64,000 nt of DNA from a virus, in the IMG/VR virus record IMGVR_UViG_3300037493_002747, positions 11,761 to 75,760 of that record, one strand, 5' to 3'. Position 1 is the stretch's first letter, and the number at the start of each line of letters is the position of its first letter. Below the pieces are notes generated by a model that had not been told where the DNA came from, searched no databases, and worked only from the letters and a program-made list of their open reading frames with translations. The position numbers and the translations under genes are program-made. Shown here piece by piece: positions 47,375 to 57,052 of this stretch.

Positions 47375-48571
47375 ATGATTGGGCAAACTGGGCAAAATTT
47401 AGGCATTTCTGTTCGCGACAAGATTCAAGCAATCAAATCTTCTGGTAAAAGTTCAGAACCTTATTCCTCTGCATCTGCAATCCTAGCGATTCGAGCAATC
47501 AGGAATGACGTACTTAAAGGTTCAAAACCTTGTTCTGTCATAGGTGTTACTGATCCACCTGTAGTCATTTCCGTTCGTGATAAGATTAAAGCAATCACTG
47601 CTGCTGGCAAAGGTTCAAAACCTTCTGATTTTCCTGTATGTGTTTCCATCATAGACGGTATTCGATCACTCACGAATACTGTGATCAAAGGGTCAAAACC
47701 TTGTGCTGTTGTACCTCCAACTGTCAATACGCATAAGGTTACTGTAGCTCCTCCAACTCCTCCAACTGTCAATACGCATAAGGTTCCAGATAGTCAGAAG
47801 CTTGAACTTGTTAAGCAACTTGGCAAGTCGAATGCGGACAATCTTGGGACTGTAATTGTTGCGACTCCATTGGCAGATGACGATAAGGATGTCGAACTAA
47901 CGCGGGACCAGATGGCAGTAGCTGTGGCTCGTGATATGTCTGGAGTCAAACCTCTTTCAGAAAAGGATCGTATTCGGTACAACCGGATGTTGTATGATTC
48001 GATTCATGACTTGGTCTATCAGCGGGCGTCTCGATACCATACGACTTGTCCCGACGAGTCTGTTGATGACCTTTCGCAAGAGTGTATGTATCAACTTATG
48101 AGGAAACTACACGGATTCGATCCTAAGAGAGGTGCCTTCTCGACTTGGTCGTGGCATGTCTGCAAGGCAACGTTGAATAGGAAGTATCGAAAAGGCAAGC
48201 GAGATAGAAACGTCATTGTGAGTGGCCATTTTGTGAATGAAGATGGTGAAAGCACGCTGGAGAACAATCCTAAGCAACTTATTGAGGGTGTACAGACACA
48301 CGAATGCCCTGGAGTTCTGGCATCAGAGATGATGACTGCTGTAAGGGAGTTAGTTGAAAAACACCCTAGGGAGAAGCATCTTCTCTTAGAGATATTCGGA
48401 AACCCAGATTCGGAAGATTTTGTTATGCCGAGCTATGTCTGTGTGGCAAAATCTGCAAAGGCTGTTGGGATGAAATACAGTCAGGCTCAGTTCTTTTTCA
48501 AAAAGGTAGTCCGACCGTTCATGTGGAGTAAGTTTATGGGGGGTGATAATGACAACGACATTGTGGACTAA
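47375..48571 (+). CDS. RNA polymerase sigma-factor-like protein with N-terminal repeats
   Basis: Sigma region 2 pattern DDL.QE....L..FDP.RG.FSTW; AAGGAGG RBS. Confidence 0.65.
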   Translation: MIGQTGQNLGISVRDKIQAIKSSGKSSEPYSSASAILAIRAIRNDVLKGSKPCSVIGVTDPPVVISVRDKIKAITAAGKGSKPSDFPVCVSIIDGIRSLTNTVIKGSKPCAVVPPTVNTHKVTVAPPTPPTVNTHKVPDSQKLELVKQLGKSNADNLGTVIVATPLADDDKDVELTRDQMAVAVARDMSGVKPLSEKDRIRYNRMLYDSIHDLVYQRASRYHTTCPDESVDDLSQECMYQLMRKLHGFDPKRGAFSTWSWHVCKATLNRKYRKGKRDRNVIVSGHFVNEDGESTLENNPKQLIEGVQTHECPGVLASEMMTAVRELVEKHPREKHLLLEIFGNPDSEDFVMPSYVCVAKSAKAVGMKYSQAQFFFKKVVRPFMWSKFMGGDNDNDIVD

Positions 48572-48983
48572 ACATCAGTACGCCAGATGTTATGGACACT
48601 GGGTCGTATCTGATCCAGAATGTGTCAAGTGTGCTCTCTCGGATGGTTGTGAGAAGAGGACAAAGGCTAAGGTTTCGGAAGTTGATCACGCGAAAGAAGT
48701 GGAAGTTGACAGTGGTCCAGAAGATGTAAAGACGGTTTTGCCTCTCGATTATTTACTTCAGAGTCTTGGGGGAAAGTTCGATCAAGAGACAGAAGAGAAG
48801 GAGAAGGAGCGGGCGACAATTCACAAGTTTCATGATGTTAAGACCAAAAAGGCTATGATTGCTGTAATTGTTGGATCTTCTGGGAGAGTCAAGATCGTCT
48901 CTGTTCCTAGGAACATTTCCAAGGTGTTAGAAGGAATAGATAGCATTGAACAGGTTGAGTTGGTTTTGGCGGAGATATTGTGA
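48549..48983 (+). CDS. hypothetical protein with an N-terminal C4 zinc finger
   Basis: CYG......ECVKC....C. Confidence 0.7.
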   Translation: MTTTLWTKHQYARCYGHWVVSDPECVKCALSDGCEKRTKAKVSEVDHAKEVEVDSGPEDVKTVLPLDYLLQSLGGKFDQETEEKEKERATIHKFHDVKTKKAMIAVIVGSSGRVKIVSVPRNISKVLEGIDSIEQVELVLAEIL

Positions 48984-49882
48984 ATACTATTGACTATCCT
49001 TGGTATCACCCTCCTTTCCCGGAGTATAATGAGGCACAGACGGCTGTTATACCTTTCATAGACAAGGACTTGAACTTGGTAATCTCTTTTGCTACAGCGG
49101 TAGGTAAGACAGTTCTGGCAGAGTGTTGTTTCGGTTATCACTTGGCAAATAGAGAGGACTGTAGGGTGGCATACATTTGTCCGTTCAAGAGTCTGGCATC
49201 GGAAAAGTTCAAGGCTTGGACGGATGACTCGCAACTCGGGCAATATGGAGTTGTGCTATGGTCTAGCGATAGTAATGATGATAGAAGGGATGGAAGACTG
49301 ATTGTATCTACGCTGGAATCATTCGATATGAAGACTCGGTCAAAGGGATGGGATGATTGGATTAGCAGTTTTGATGTGGTCGTTTTTGACGAAGCACATA
49401 TTATCGGTGATGAATCGAGAGGCGGGGCAATGGAGGCAGCAGCCATTAGGCTGGCAGATAAAAATCCAAAGGCGAGGATTGTTTTCTTATCAGCGACAAT
49501 GGGGAATGCCGGAGATTTAGCAAAGTGGGTCAAGACGCTTAATGGTAAAAACACGAAGTGTATTACGAGTTCATGGAGGCCGACGAAGGTACGAACGGAA
49601 TACCATATCGTGGATGGTCACGACGAGAAGACAGCCAAGGCCGTGGAGCTGGCAACACAATCTGCATTCCAGAAGACATTGGTGTTTGTGCATTCTAAGG
49701 TGACTGGTGGTAAAATAGTCAAGAGTTTGAGATCATCAGGAGTTCGATCCGTATTCCACAATGCCTCCTTATCGGCGGCAAAGAGGAGAAAGATCGAGGA
49801 GGCATTTAACAACCCAACATCGGGACTAAACGTTTGTGTGAGTACATCGACGTTGGGTGCCGGGGTCAATATGGGGAATTGA
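48980..49882 (+). CDS. Ski2/Hel308-like SF2 helicase, N-terminal part (motifs Q to V)
   Basis: N.AQ, TAVGKT, P.KSLA, DEAH, LSAT, RP, FH.A and STSTLGAGVN motifs. Confidence 0.85.
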   Translation: MNTIDYPWYHPPFPEYNEAQTAVIPFIDKDLNLVISFATAVGKTVLAECCFGYHLANREDCRVAYICPFKSLASEKFKAWTDDSQLGQYGVVLWSSDSNDDRRDGRLIVSTLESFDMKTRSKGWDDWISSFDVVVFDEAHIIGDESRGGAMEAAAIRLADKNPKARIVFLSATMGNAGDLAKWVKTLNGKNTKCITSSWRPTKVRTEYHIVDGHDEKTAKAVELATQSAFQKTLVFVHSKVTGGKIVKSLRSSGVRSVFHNASLSAAKRRKIEEAFNNPTSGLNVCVSTSTLGAGVNMGN

Positions 49883-49909
49883 CTCGTTTTCATAATTTAG
49901 GAGGATGAC

Positions 49910-50503
49910 GTGGATAAGACAGCGCAGCTTACAGCATTGAAGGCAGAATGTTTGGCGTGTCGGCGTTGTGAGATCGGTGGACAGATGATTGGAGATAAGT
50001 TCTTGGGGAATGTGTTCTCCAATATGAACTGTACGGCAGAGTACATGGTTGTAGGGCAGAACCCCGGCAAGGAGGAGACGGAGAGGGAAGAGCCGTTCGT
50101 TGGTATTTCAGGAAAGATGTTCGACCAGCTTGTTGAAGAAATCCTTGGCATGAAGCGATCTATGTTCTACATCTCCAATACCGTTCATTGCTACACTCCT
50201 GGCAATAGGAAGCCAACAATGGGAGAGGTGTATAACTGCAAGTATTTTATGGATTTGGAAGTTAGGGCTCTCAATCCCAAGGTGGTTATATCCCTTGGAG
50301 GTCCGGCATTTGAGCAGTTGACGGGGATACATGGAATTATGAAGCATCATGGTAACCCGGCATTCTCTCCACGGTATAAGGTACCTGTGTTTCCATTGTT
50401 GCATCCTAGTCCGATCAACCTGAATGACCCGGCGAAGCTGGAGTTGTTTGTAGCTGACTTGGTTAAGTTGGAGGAGTTCATCAAGAAAGGGTGTGTGATG
50501 TGA
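49910..50503 (+). CDS. uracil-DNA glycosylase, family 4-like (Fe-S)
   Basis: C..C..C, VGQNPG..E....PFVG.SG, N.V.C.....R.P and HPS motifs. Confidence 0.85.
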   Translation: MDKTAQLTALKAECLACRRCEIGGQMIGDKFLGNVFSNMNCTAEYMVVGQNPGKEETEREEPFVGISGKMFDQLVEEILGMKRSMFYISNTVHCYTPGNRKPTMGEVYNCKYFMDLEVRALNPKVVISLGGPAFEQLTGIHGIMKHHGNPAFSPRYKVPVFPLLHPSPINLNDPAKLELFVADLVKLEEFIKKGCVM

Positions 50504-50769
50504 GATTCAAGGACTCCCTTCATCTGTACCAAGATGTTGAAGACTTCTTAGGAGACATGCGTGATGGAACATTGAAGGAAGGGTTCATATTTTCACAAGA
50601 AGTGTGGAATGGATTGATGGAAAAGGTAAATACCGATCCGGTATTCGCGGGCGACATTATTGACAATGGGATCTTATTGCTCATGGCGGCTGATTCCAAG
50701 TCAGAGATTGATGGATTGATGGTACTGGCAGAGGTATGTCGTGAAAATACTGTAAAGACAGGTGATTGA
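50491..50769 (+). CDS. hypothetical acidic protein
   Basis: 92-aa ORF overlapping both neighbours. Confidence 0.6.
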   Translation: MCDVRFKDSLHLYQDVEDFLGDMRDGTLKEGFIFSQEVWNGLMEKVNTDPVFAGDIIDNGILLLMAADSKSEIDGLMVLAEVCRENTVKTGD

Positions 50770-51791
50770 TGTCAGATGTGGTTATAGTGGTAGGGACTAA
50801 GCGTGGTAAGGAGAATGTCTCCACGATAGAACTCAAGCAGATGGTGGGTCGGGCTGGTAGGAAGCATGGTGGTGAAACGGCATTGGCTCATGTTCTGGTA
50901 GAGGATGATCGAGTCGCTGAAGTTCAAGATGGCCTAGACCATGGCACCAATATGGAAGTTCATTCCACATTTGGGGCAGGAGACCGATTGATTTTCCATT
51001 TGATGCCAGAGATAGTATCGGGAAGGGTTGTGAATGCAGCTACGGCACATAAGTGGTATTCCAGAAGTTTGGCGTCTTATCAGGGTGACAATGTTGACTT
51101 CTTAAGGCTCTTTGACAAGATGAGTAAGATGGGGGCGGTAGAGTTGGAGTCTTCCGACGAGGTCCGTCCGACTAAGATTGGAAAGATTGCATCTGATTTG
51201 TATTTTCATCCGGGAGATGTTCAAGCTTGGAAGGACAATTTCACCAAGTTGTTTGAGATGGGATTGGAGAATGATAATGCGGCGATAGCCTGGGCATTAG
51301 GAACGAGGACACATACGAAGTGTTATGGGGATTTTGGGGATTCGAGGTTCATCATTGGAGAATGTAAGAGTGCTTTGCCATTGGGATTAGAGATGGAGGC
51401 TGGAACGGTTACGCAGGTTGTGTTGTGGTGGTGCGCTATGGGTGGGCCTCCTGCTGGTAAAATGAGAAACCAGATGCTTACACTCCGGGAAGACATTGGA
51501 AGGATCAAGAGGGCATTGGTGAGGATTGACCGGGAAGAGGCTGGATGGAATAGGGGCAGTTTCTTTGACGATGTTGAGTTAATGGTTAGTAAGGGGATAG
51601 GCGTCAACTTGATTGATTTATGCAAACTTCCCGGAATTACGAAAGGAAGAGCGGATTTCTTGTATAATGCAGGAGCAAGGGGTGCCGACAGTATTGCAGA
51701 CATTATCCAGAACATAGAGGACGATATTGACGAACCTTTTAGAATGGCATTGAAGGAGATAGCAAGTGGGATTCGCAAACAGAGCCGTTGA
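50769..51791 (+). CDS. Ski2/Hel308-like helicase, C-terminal part (motif VI, winged helix, HhH)
   Basis: QMVGRAGR, T..GKIAS.LY and LPGI...RA..LY.AG motifs. Confidence 0.85.
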   Translation: MSDVVIVVGTKRGKENVSTIELKQMVGRAGRKHGGETALAHVLVEDDRVAEVQDGLDHGTNMEVHSTFGAGDRLIFHLMPEIVSGRVVNAATAHKWYSRSLASYQGDNVDFLRLFDKMSKMGAVELESSDEVRPTKIGKIASDLYFHPGDVQAWKDNFTKLFEMGLENDNAAIAWALGTRTHTKCYGDFGDSRFIIGECKSALPLGLEMEAGTVTQVVLWWCAMGGPPAGKMRNQMLTLREDIGRIKRALVRIDREEAGWNRGSFFDDVELMVSKGIGVNLIDLCKLPGITKGRADFLYNAGARGADSIADIIQNIEDDIDEPFRMALKEIASGIRKQSR

Positions 51792-52221
51792 AGTATGTCT
51801 TCGGGATTGGTCAGTTGGAAGGGTTGATGAAGGACATATCCGGGATGTCCTCAAATGCAGGAATGTGGATGTGAATGGGATGGAAGAATTTCTGAATGAT
51901 AAATATCCTACGGAAATTCGATGGGCTGCGGCAAGGGTCTTGATGGATAAGGGTCAGGCGAAAGAGGTGGTTGCTGCGGCAATGTTGTCTCAGGACCGTG
52001 AATCCATATTGGCTTTGTTAAGTTTGATGGGGAGGAACAAGCAGGGAATAGAAGTTTTGGAAGGACTGGTCTCATCCGAGGATACAATGATTCGAGATGC
52101 GGCGGTTGAAATGTTTAGAAAGGCAGGAAAGGTGGATGCTATCTTTCCGCTGATCTTTGACAGAGATGACATTGTCGTAAAAAGGATTAAACGGTACATA
52201 GATGAAGCGGGACAGCGTTGA
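51766..52221 (+). CDS. HEAT-repeat-like protein
   Basis: EIRWAAARVL and MIRDAAVE repeats. Confidence 0.55.
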   Translation: MGFANRAVEVCLRDWSVGRVDEGHIRDVLKCRNVDVNGMEEFLNDKYPTEIRWAAARVLMDKGQAKEVVAAAMLSQDRESILALLSLMGRNKQGIEVLEGLVSSEDTMIRDAAVEMFRKAGKVDAIFPLIFDRDDIVVKRIKRYIDEAGQR

Positions 52222-52924
52222 TAGGCATGCAGTTCCAGAGGATCGTCTTGAGCGGTTCATGGGGCTGGTATATTCGCTGGTGGAGCCTTTTGGGATAGAA
52301 GAAGTCCCAGAAGTGTACCATTACATCGAATTGTTGGGTCAGGCGATTGAACGGCATATTGCGGAATCTAGGTTTACTGGCTCTCCACAAGGTCGTTTAT
52401 CGGTAGATAGGCGCAAATTTATATCAATTTTCAAGAATAGGTATCTATCAACGACGGATTTGGAATACACACGAGCGATAACGGGTATTGATGGTAGGCT
52501 GATCAACCAACTGAATAAGGCATTGGGGGACAATGGTTTTGAGGTTGATGAGTATTTGACGTGGTTATTCGATAGTTTCCTATCGGAGAATCCCAAATTC
52601 AACCCTCCGTCTATCAAATTTGCGTGTAGTAACTTTGTGGTGGAGAAGTTCTTGTACGAGCATAAGGACAAGATCAAGCAGCGACGTGAGGATAAAATTC
52701 GTAAAAAGGAATCGATGGACCTGATAGCTCGGGCTAGGATACTGATTCGTCACTACCAAGATAATGCAGAAATGAAAAAAAATATCGTAGATGTGCTTAA
52801 AGGTTATCGTGACGGGGATATAATGTTGGAGAAGATGAGGTCTGAGATCGAGAGGATTGAAAAGTCTGTGCGGGAGTCGCAGGTTGAAAACATCAAGGTA
52901 GGAGATGGCGATGGGATTAACTGA
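52202..52924 (+). CDS. hypothetical protein
   Basis: 240-aa ORF in the replication operon. Confidence 0.75.
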   Translation: MKRDSVDRHAVPEDRLERFMGLVYSLVEPFGIEEVPEVYHYIELLGQAIERHIAESRFTGSPQGRLSVDRRKFISIFKNRYLSTTDLEYTRAITGIDGRLINQLNKALGDNGFEVDEYLTWLFDSFLSENPKFNPPSIKFACSNFVVEKFLYEHKDKIKQRREDKIRKKESMDLIARARILIRHYQDNAEMKKNIVDVLKGYRDGDIMLEKMRSEIERIEKSVRESQVENIKVGDGDGIN

Positions 52925-53531
52925 GAATATTAGAACATCGATAGATGGTATGGGTCAGGTCGAACTATCAGGGATAAAGCTGGAGTCGGCTGATTCCAGA
53001 CTTCTGGATGTAGGATCGCTTGATTTGGACAAGCATGTTGCGATGCAGCCATCGGCAATTGCCTATTTTGGGGCTATGAAGAAAGAGGCGGCTCGCAGGT
53101 TGGACATGCTTAAGAGAAACAAGGATCGCTGGGAGAAGAAACAGTGGGCTTTGGCTAAGGCTGCCGTCATTTCAGGGACCACAGCACAGTGGAAGCCTAC
53201 TTTGGCAGACATTGAGGCTCGGTTCATTACCGATAATGAGCGTCAGATCGAGGATTGGGATGTCAAGATGGACAAGGCTCAAGAGGAATTGGACACTCTG
53301 GAAGCTTGGTATGAGGGTTGGCGTCAAAAGTCGTTTGCATTAACTTCACACGTCTCCATCGATGAAGATGAGCGGAGGAGTGGAAGTGGATCAATGAAGG
53401 GAGGTGACAATAACGGGAACGGGAACGGGAATAGTACGATTCGGTCGGGTGGCATCGGAGAAAAACCACTTCCGAGTGATAAACTTCGAGAGATCCGGGA
53501 TATAATGAAACGTAGGAGAGGTTTGGCTTGA
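52905..53531 (+). CDS. coiled-coil protein, possibly a UvsY-like recombination mediator
   Basis: Helical pattern; sits upstream of SSB and RecA. Confidence 0.45.
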   Translation: MAMGLTENIRTSIDGMGQVELSGIKLESADSRLLDVGSLDLDKHVAMQPSAIAYFGAMKKEAARRLDMLKRNKDRWEKKQWALAKAAVISGTTAQWKPTLADIEARFITDNERQIEDWDVKMDKAQEELDTLEAWYEGWRQKSFALTSHVSIDEDERRSGSGSMKGGDNNGNGNGNSTIRSGGIGEKPLPSDKLREIRDIMKRRRGLA

Positions 53532-53619
53532 ACTGGACCGTGTGGTCTGGCGAGTCAGAAAAAAGTGAACCTGGGGCAAAAAAGGCAACTAGGTAAACAA
53601 GGCAAATAGGAGAACTAGA

Positions 53620-54717
53620 ATGAGCGTGTTGGAGAAATTGGCAAGGGTACAGGCGGCTCGTCCGCAGGGCGGGAACTTCGCGAAGGTTAAGGGCATTTAC
53701 CACCAGTGGAAATCTGGGCCGAATCGTATTCGGCTGGCTGGTGAATTTACGGAGGTGCGGACGCATTATATTGCTCCGACAAATACCTCGAAACGAAAGG
53801 ATCGTGGGTTGTGCATGCCTACCGCATTCCAAGGGGATGATAAGCTTCCCCAAGTCATTAACTGTCCGAATTGGGATATTGCTTTGGAACGTCCCAAGAA
53901 GGAAAAGACTTGTCCTATCTGCAAGTTGAATGAAGTGGCAAGGGCTTTCCTCAAGGGTGTGAAGGCTCTGACTGCGGATGAGAAGACCTTCTTCGATGGT
54001 CTGAAGCAGTCGACTCGTGCTACTTCTGCTCTCAAATGGAATGTCATTGATCGTGATGACCCGTTTGTGGAAGTGGAAAACAACGGCAAAGCTGAAAAGG
54101 TTCTTGGGTACAAGATTGCCTCTATCGGTCCAGAAGCGACCACAGACATTATGGGTATCTTTACCCAGGTGGGGTATGATATTCAGGACCCTGAACGTGG
54201 TATCGATATCGAGGTAACTCGGGACGATAAGGGACAGAGGACAACCTATTCGGCTAGGGCTGTAATCGAAGGTACATCCCTTAAGGTGACTCCCTTCACG
54301 AAGGAGGAGAGGGCATTGGCTCTTAACGACCTGAAGGCTCGTTGCGGCAGACAGATTGCTGCCGAAAAGATCATGGATGCTTTGCACGAGGACCTGAAAG
54401 ACATCGCCACATCTTACGGCGAGACGCCAGCCGTAGGCGGAGAAACGGATATTGATGCTGCTGTTGATGAAGCAGTGGCTGAGGTTTCAGAGCCGGTGGC
54501 TGCTCCTTCTCGTCCTGTTCGTCCTGTTGTGGCTCAGGTGGCACCTCAAACTCGTCCTGCTGCACCGGCGGCAAGCAAGGTGCCGACTTCTGTTTTGGAT
54601 AGACTCCAAAAGAAGCCTGTAGCGCATGCTCCGGCAACGGATGAGGATGATGCTTTGGCTGCCGTGATCTCCGGCGATGAAGACGGAATCATGGATGCTG
54701 GAGTAAAAAAAAAGTAA
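53620..54717 (+). CDS. single-stranded DNA-binding protein (T4 gp32-like); probable -1 frameshift extension to 54905
   Basis: G.N.IRL, CP.C, NVIDR and DPE.G.DI..TR...T.Y motifs with an acidic, Pro/Ala-rich tail. Confidence 0.75.
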   Translation: MSVLEKLARVQAARPQGGNFAKVKGIYHQWKSGPNRIRLAGEFTEVRTHYIAPTNTSKRKDRGLCMPTAFQGDDKLPQVINCPNWDIALERPKKEKTCPICKLNEVARAFLKGVKALTADEKTFFDGLKQSTRATSALKWNVIDRDDPFVEVENNGKAEKVLGYKIASIGPEATTDIMGIFTQVGYDIQDPERGIDIEVTRDDKGQRTTYSARAVIEGTSLKVTPFTKEERALALNDLKARCGRQIAAEKIMDALHEDLKDIATSYGETPAVGGETDIDAAVDEAVAEVSEPVAAPSRPVRPVVAQVAPQTRPAAPAASKVPTSVLDRLQKKPVAHAPATDEDDALAAVISGDEDGIMDAGVKKK

Positions 54718-54769
54718 CTAAGGTTGAGGAAGGTGCATCTCCGACGAAATCTGAGATCGCACCGACCTT
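54708..54769 (+). promoter_or_regulatory. -1 programmed frameshift signal (A_AAA_AAG plus downstream stem-loop)
   Basis: Heptamer at 54708-54714 just before the stop; stem starts 5 nt later; the -1 frame is open for 63 codons. Confidence 0.7.
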
Positions 54770-54910
54770 GAACGTGGTTGCGGCAAATGCCTCAGTGGTG
54801 GTGAATCCAATGGATTATGTGTGTTTTGGAACCATTGACAAGAGTCACCCTGAGTGTCAGAAGTGCCAGTACAACAGTCAGTGTGTTGAAGCCTCGAAGA
54901 AGTAATGTGG

Positions 54911-54947
54911 TGGGAGACGGCCAGACAACTGTCCGTCTCCCATTCTT
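54911..54947 (+). terminator. hairpin (terminator-like or processing site) before recA
   Basis: TGGGAGACGG/CCGTCTCCCA, then TTCTT. Confidence 0.5.
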
Positions 54948-54959
54948 AGGAGATTCGTG

Positions 54960-56090
54960 ATGAAGCAAAGTTCAGATGATGCTAGAGCGGAACGTTTGAC
55001 CAAACTGTGTGCAATTATCAACAAGAGTTCTTTTGGAGGGGACAACAAGGATGCTGTAACATGGCTCGGATCGAGAGATACAATCTCTATTGAGAGGTTC
55101 TCGTCAGGATGTCCCGGACTGGATGAGGCTCTTGGTGGTGGTTGGCCCAAGGGAAGATTCATCGAGGTATTCGGACCTGAGTCAGGAGGAAAGACGACAC
55201 TGGTTCTCCACGCGGTGGCAGAGCATCAGGCGAAGTATCCCGATGAGGATTGTGCTCTCATTGATACGGAGTTCTCGTTTGACGAGGATTATGCCAAGAA
55301 GCTGGGTGTCGATACCAAGTATTTGGTGGTACATCAGCCGGAAGCTGGCGAGCAGGCACTGAACATTCTTAAGTTGCTCATTCAGAACGGGGTAAAGTGC
55401 ATCATCGTGGACTCCGTTGCTGCTTTGACAACAAGGAATGAGTTGGAAGGGGATATTGGAGATACTCATGTTGGCGAACAAGCTAGACTTATGTCTCAGG
55501 CTCTTCGGCAGTTGACTGCGGAAGCTGGCAAGAGGGGTGCAACGGTATTCTGGACAAATCAGATGCGTGAGAAGATTGGCGTTATGTACGGGGACAAGAC
55601 GACTACCCCGGCAGGACGTGCCTTGAAGCATTACGCCTCGATTCGTCTGCACATTCGTGCTATTGGGAAGGTCAAGGAGAAGATTCGCGGCGAGGATGTG
55701 ATTGTTTCATCTCGGAACAAGATCGATGTCAAGAAGAACAAGGTTGCTCCACCCTTTAGGACTGCCGAGTTTTGTATTTCGTTTGGACATGGTATCGACA
55801 TTGTTGCTGACGTGTTGGATACAGCCATCGCCATGAAGATCGTTGTTAAGCGTGGAGCATGGTTCTCGTGGAATGGGGAACAACTTGGATGTGGACGGGC
55901 TGTTTCTCTTGAACTACTCCGTTCAAATCCGGACATGACTCGGAAGATCACTGAAATGATCGCTGAGGCCAAGGCTGCGGGAGTGAAGCCTGAAGTGGCG
56001 GAGGATGTTGAGCAACAAGACCCGAATGCCGGGGCAGACCCGGATGCGTTGGGAGCAGTTGAAGCAGAAATTGATGTTCAAGATGTTTGA
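54960..56090 (+). CDS. recA: RecA recombinase
   Basis: GPESGGKTT, IIVDSVAAL, QARLMSQALR, NQMREKIG, GRALKHYAS and KNKVAPPF motifs. Confidence 0.95.
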   Translation: MKQSSDDARAERLTKLCAIINKSSFGGDNKDAVTWLGSRDTISIERFSSGCPGLDEALGGGWPKGRFIEVFGPESGGKTTLVLHAVAEHQAKYPDEDCALIDTEFSFDEDYAKKLGVDTKYLVVHQPEAGEQALNILKLLIQNGVKCIIVDSVAALTTRNELEGDIGDTHVGEQARLMSQALRQLTAEAGKRGATVFWTNQMREKIGVMYGDKTTTPAGRALKHYASIRLHIRAIGKVKEKIRGEDVIVSSRNKIDVKKNKVAPPFRTAEFCISFGHGIDIVADVLDTAIAMKIVVKRGAWFSWNGEQLGCGRAVSLELLRSNPDMTRKITEMIAEAKAAGVKPEVAEDVEQQDPNAGADPDALGAVEAEIDVQDV

Positions 56091-56112
56091 GAGTCGAAGA
56101 TTCGGTGTATAA

Positions 56113-57030
56113 ATGAGCAATCTCAAACTACTACTTGTTGATGGTAACAACATGAGTCATCGTGTGTTCTGGACACACCAAGAATTGCAACATAAGGGAA
56201 GGTATACGGGAGTCTTGTTCGGATTTTTCAGGCAACTGATTTTCCTTCGCAAGAAGTTCCCGGAGCATTTCCTTGTTGTAGCATGGGACCGTGGATATGC
56301 TCGTCGTAAAGCTGAGTCACAAGCTGGCGTTGCGGCTGGCATAGTCCCGTCCGCGTACAAGGAGCCAAGAGAAAAGGCTAGAGAGGATGCTGATCCTAAG
56401 AAGTTGGAAGAACTGGAATCACTGAATACCCAGATGAATCAACTTCGGGATGAGGCACTTCCATTGGTTCGTTGTACTCAAGCCATTCTTGATGGCACTG
56501 AGGCAGACGATATTCTATATTCGTATTGCCTATATGCCAACAAGTGGGGTGGTGAAGCGGTCATAGTTTCGTCGGATAAGGACTTCTATCAGGTATTAGG
56601 GATTGGTCCAAAAGTGACTGTCTTCGATGCCATGAAGGATGAGACATGGACGGCAGAGAGATTTCAGATGGAATTCGCTTTCCCGGCTACATTGTGGGTC
56701 ACTGCGGGGGCATTGCAGGGGGATAAGGGCGATAACATCTTTGGAGTAGACGGATGGGGTCCAAAAACAGCATGTGACTATGTTCGTCAGTATGGAAGTC
56801 TTGAAGCCATACTGGAAGCAGTCCAAGGGAAGACGAAGCATTCAAAGAAGGAGCAGACACTCCTTGAAAGCTCACCTAGGTTGAAGCTGGCCATGTCATT
56901 AAAGCAGATGGATGAGATTCCATATATTCCGATGCCTCGTTGTGGACCGAAAGACTCAAAGGCCCTGTATGATAAGTTCTTGGAGCTAGGGTTTATGAGT
57001 CTTCTCAAGGAAGTGAAACTTCTGACGTAG
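56113..57030 (+). CDS. 5'-3' exonuclease/flap endonuclease (Pol I N-terminal-like)
   Basis: LLVDG.N, YK..R, EADD, SSDKDF.Q and GD..DNI.GV.G.GPKTA motifs. Confidence 0.9.
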   Translation: MSNLKLLLVDGNNMSHRVFWTHQELQHKGRYTGVLFGFFRQLIFLRKKFPEHFLVVAWDRGYARRKAESQAGVAAGIVPSAYKEPREKAREDADPKKLEELESLNTQMNQLRDEALPLVRCTQAILDGTEADDILYSYCLYANKWGGEAVIVSSDKDFYQVLGIGPKVTVFDAMKDETWTAERFQMEFAFPATLWVTAGALQGDKGDNIFGVDGWGPKTACDYVRQYGSLEAILEAVQGKTKHSKKEQTLLESSPRLKLAMSLKQMDEIPYIPMPRCGPKDSKALYDKFLELGFMSLLKEVKLLT

Positions 57031-57052
57031 CCAATAAGGAGCATATAGACCG

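Noticed and set aside
43558-54387. Long minus-strand ORFs (43558-44586, 53263-54387; also 26656-27582)
   Set aside because: Antisense shadows of well-supported + strand genes, with no motifs or RBS, unlike the nested ORF at 41164.
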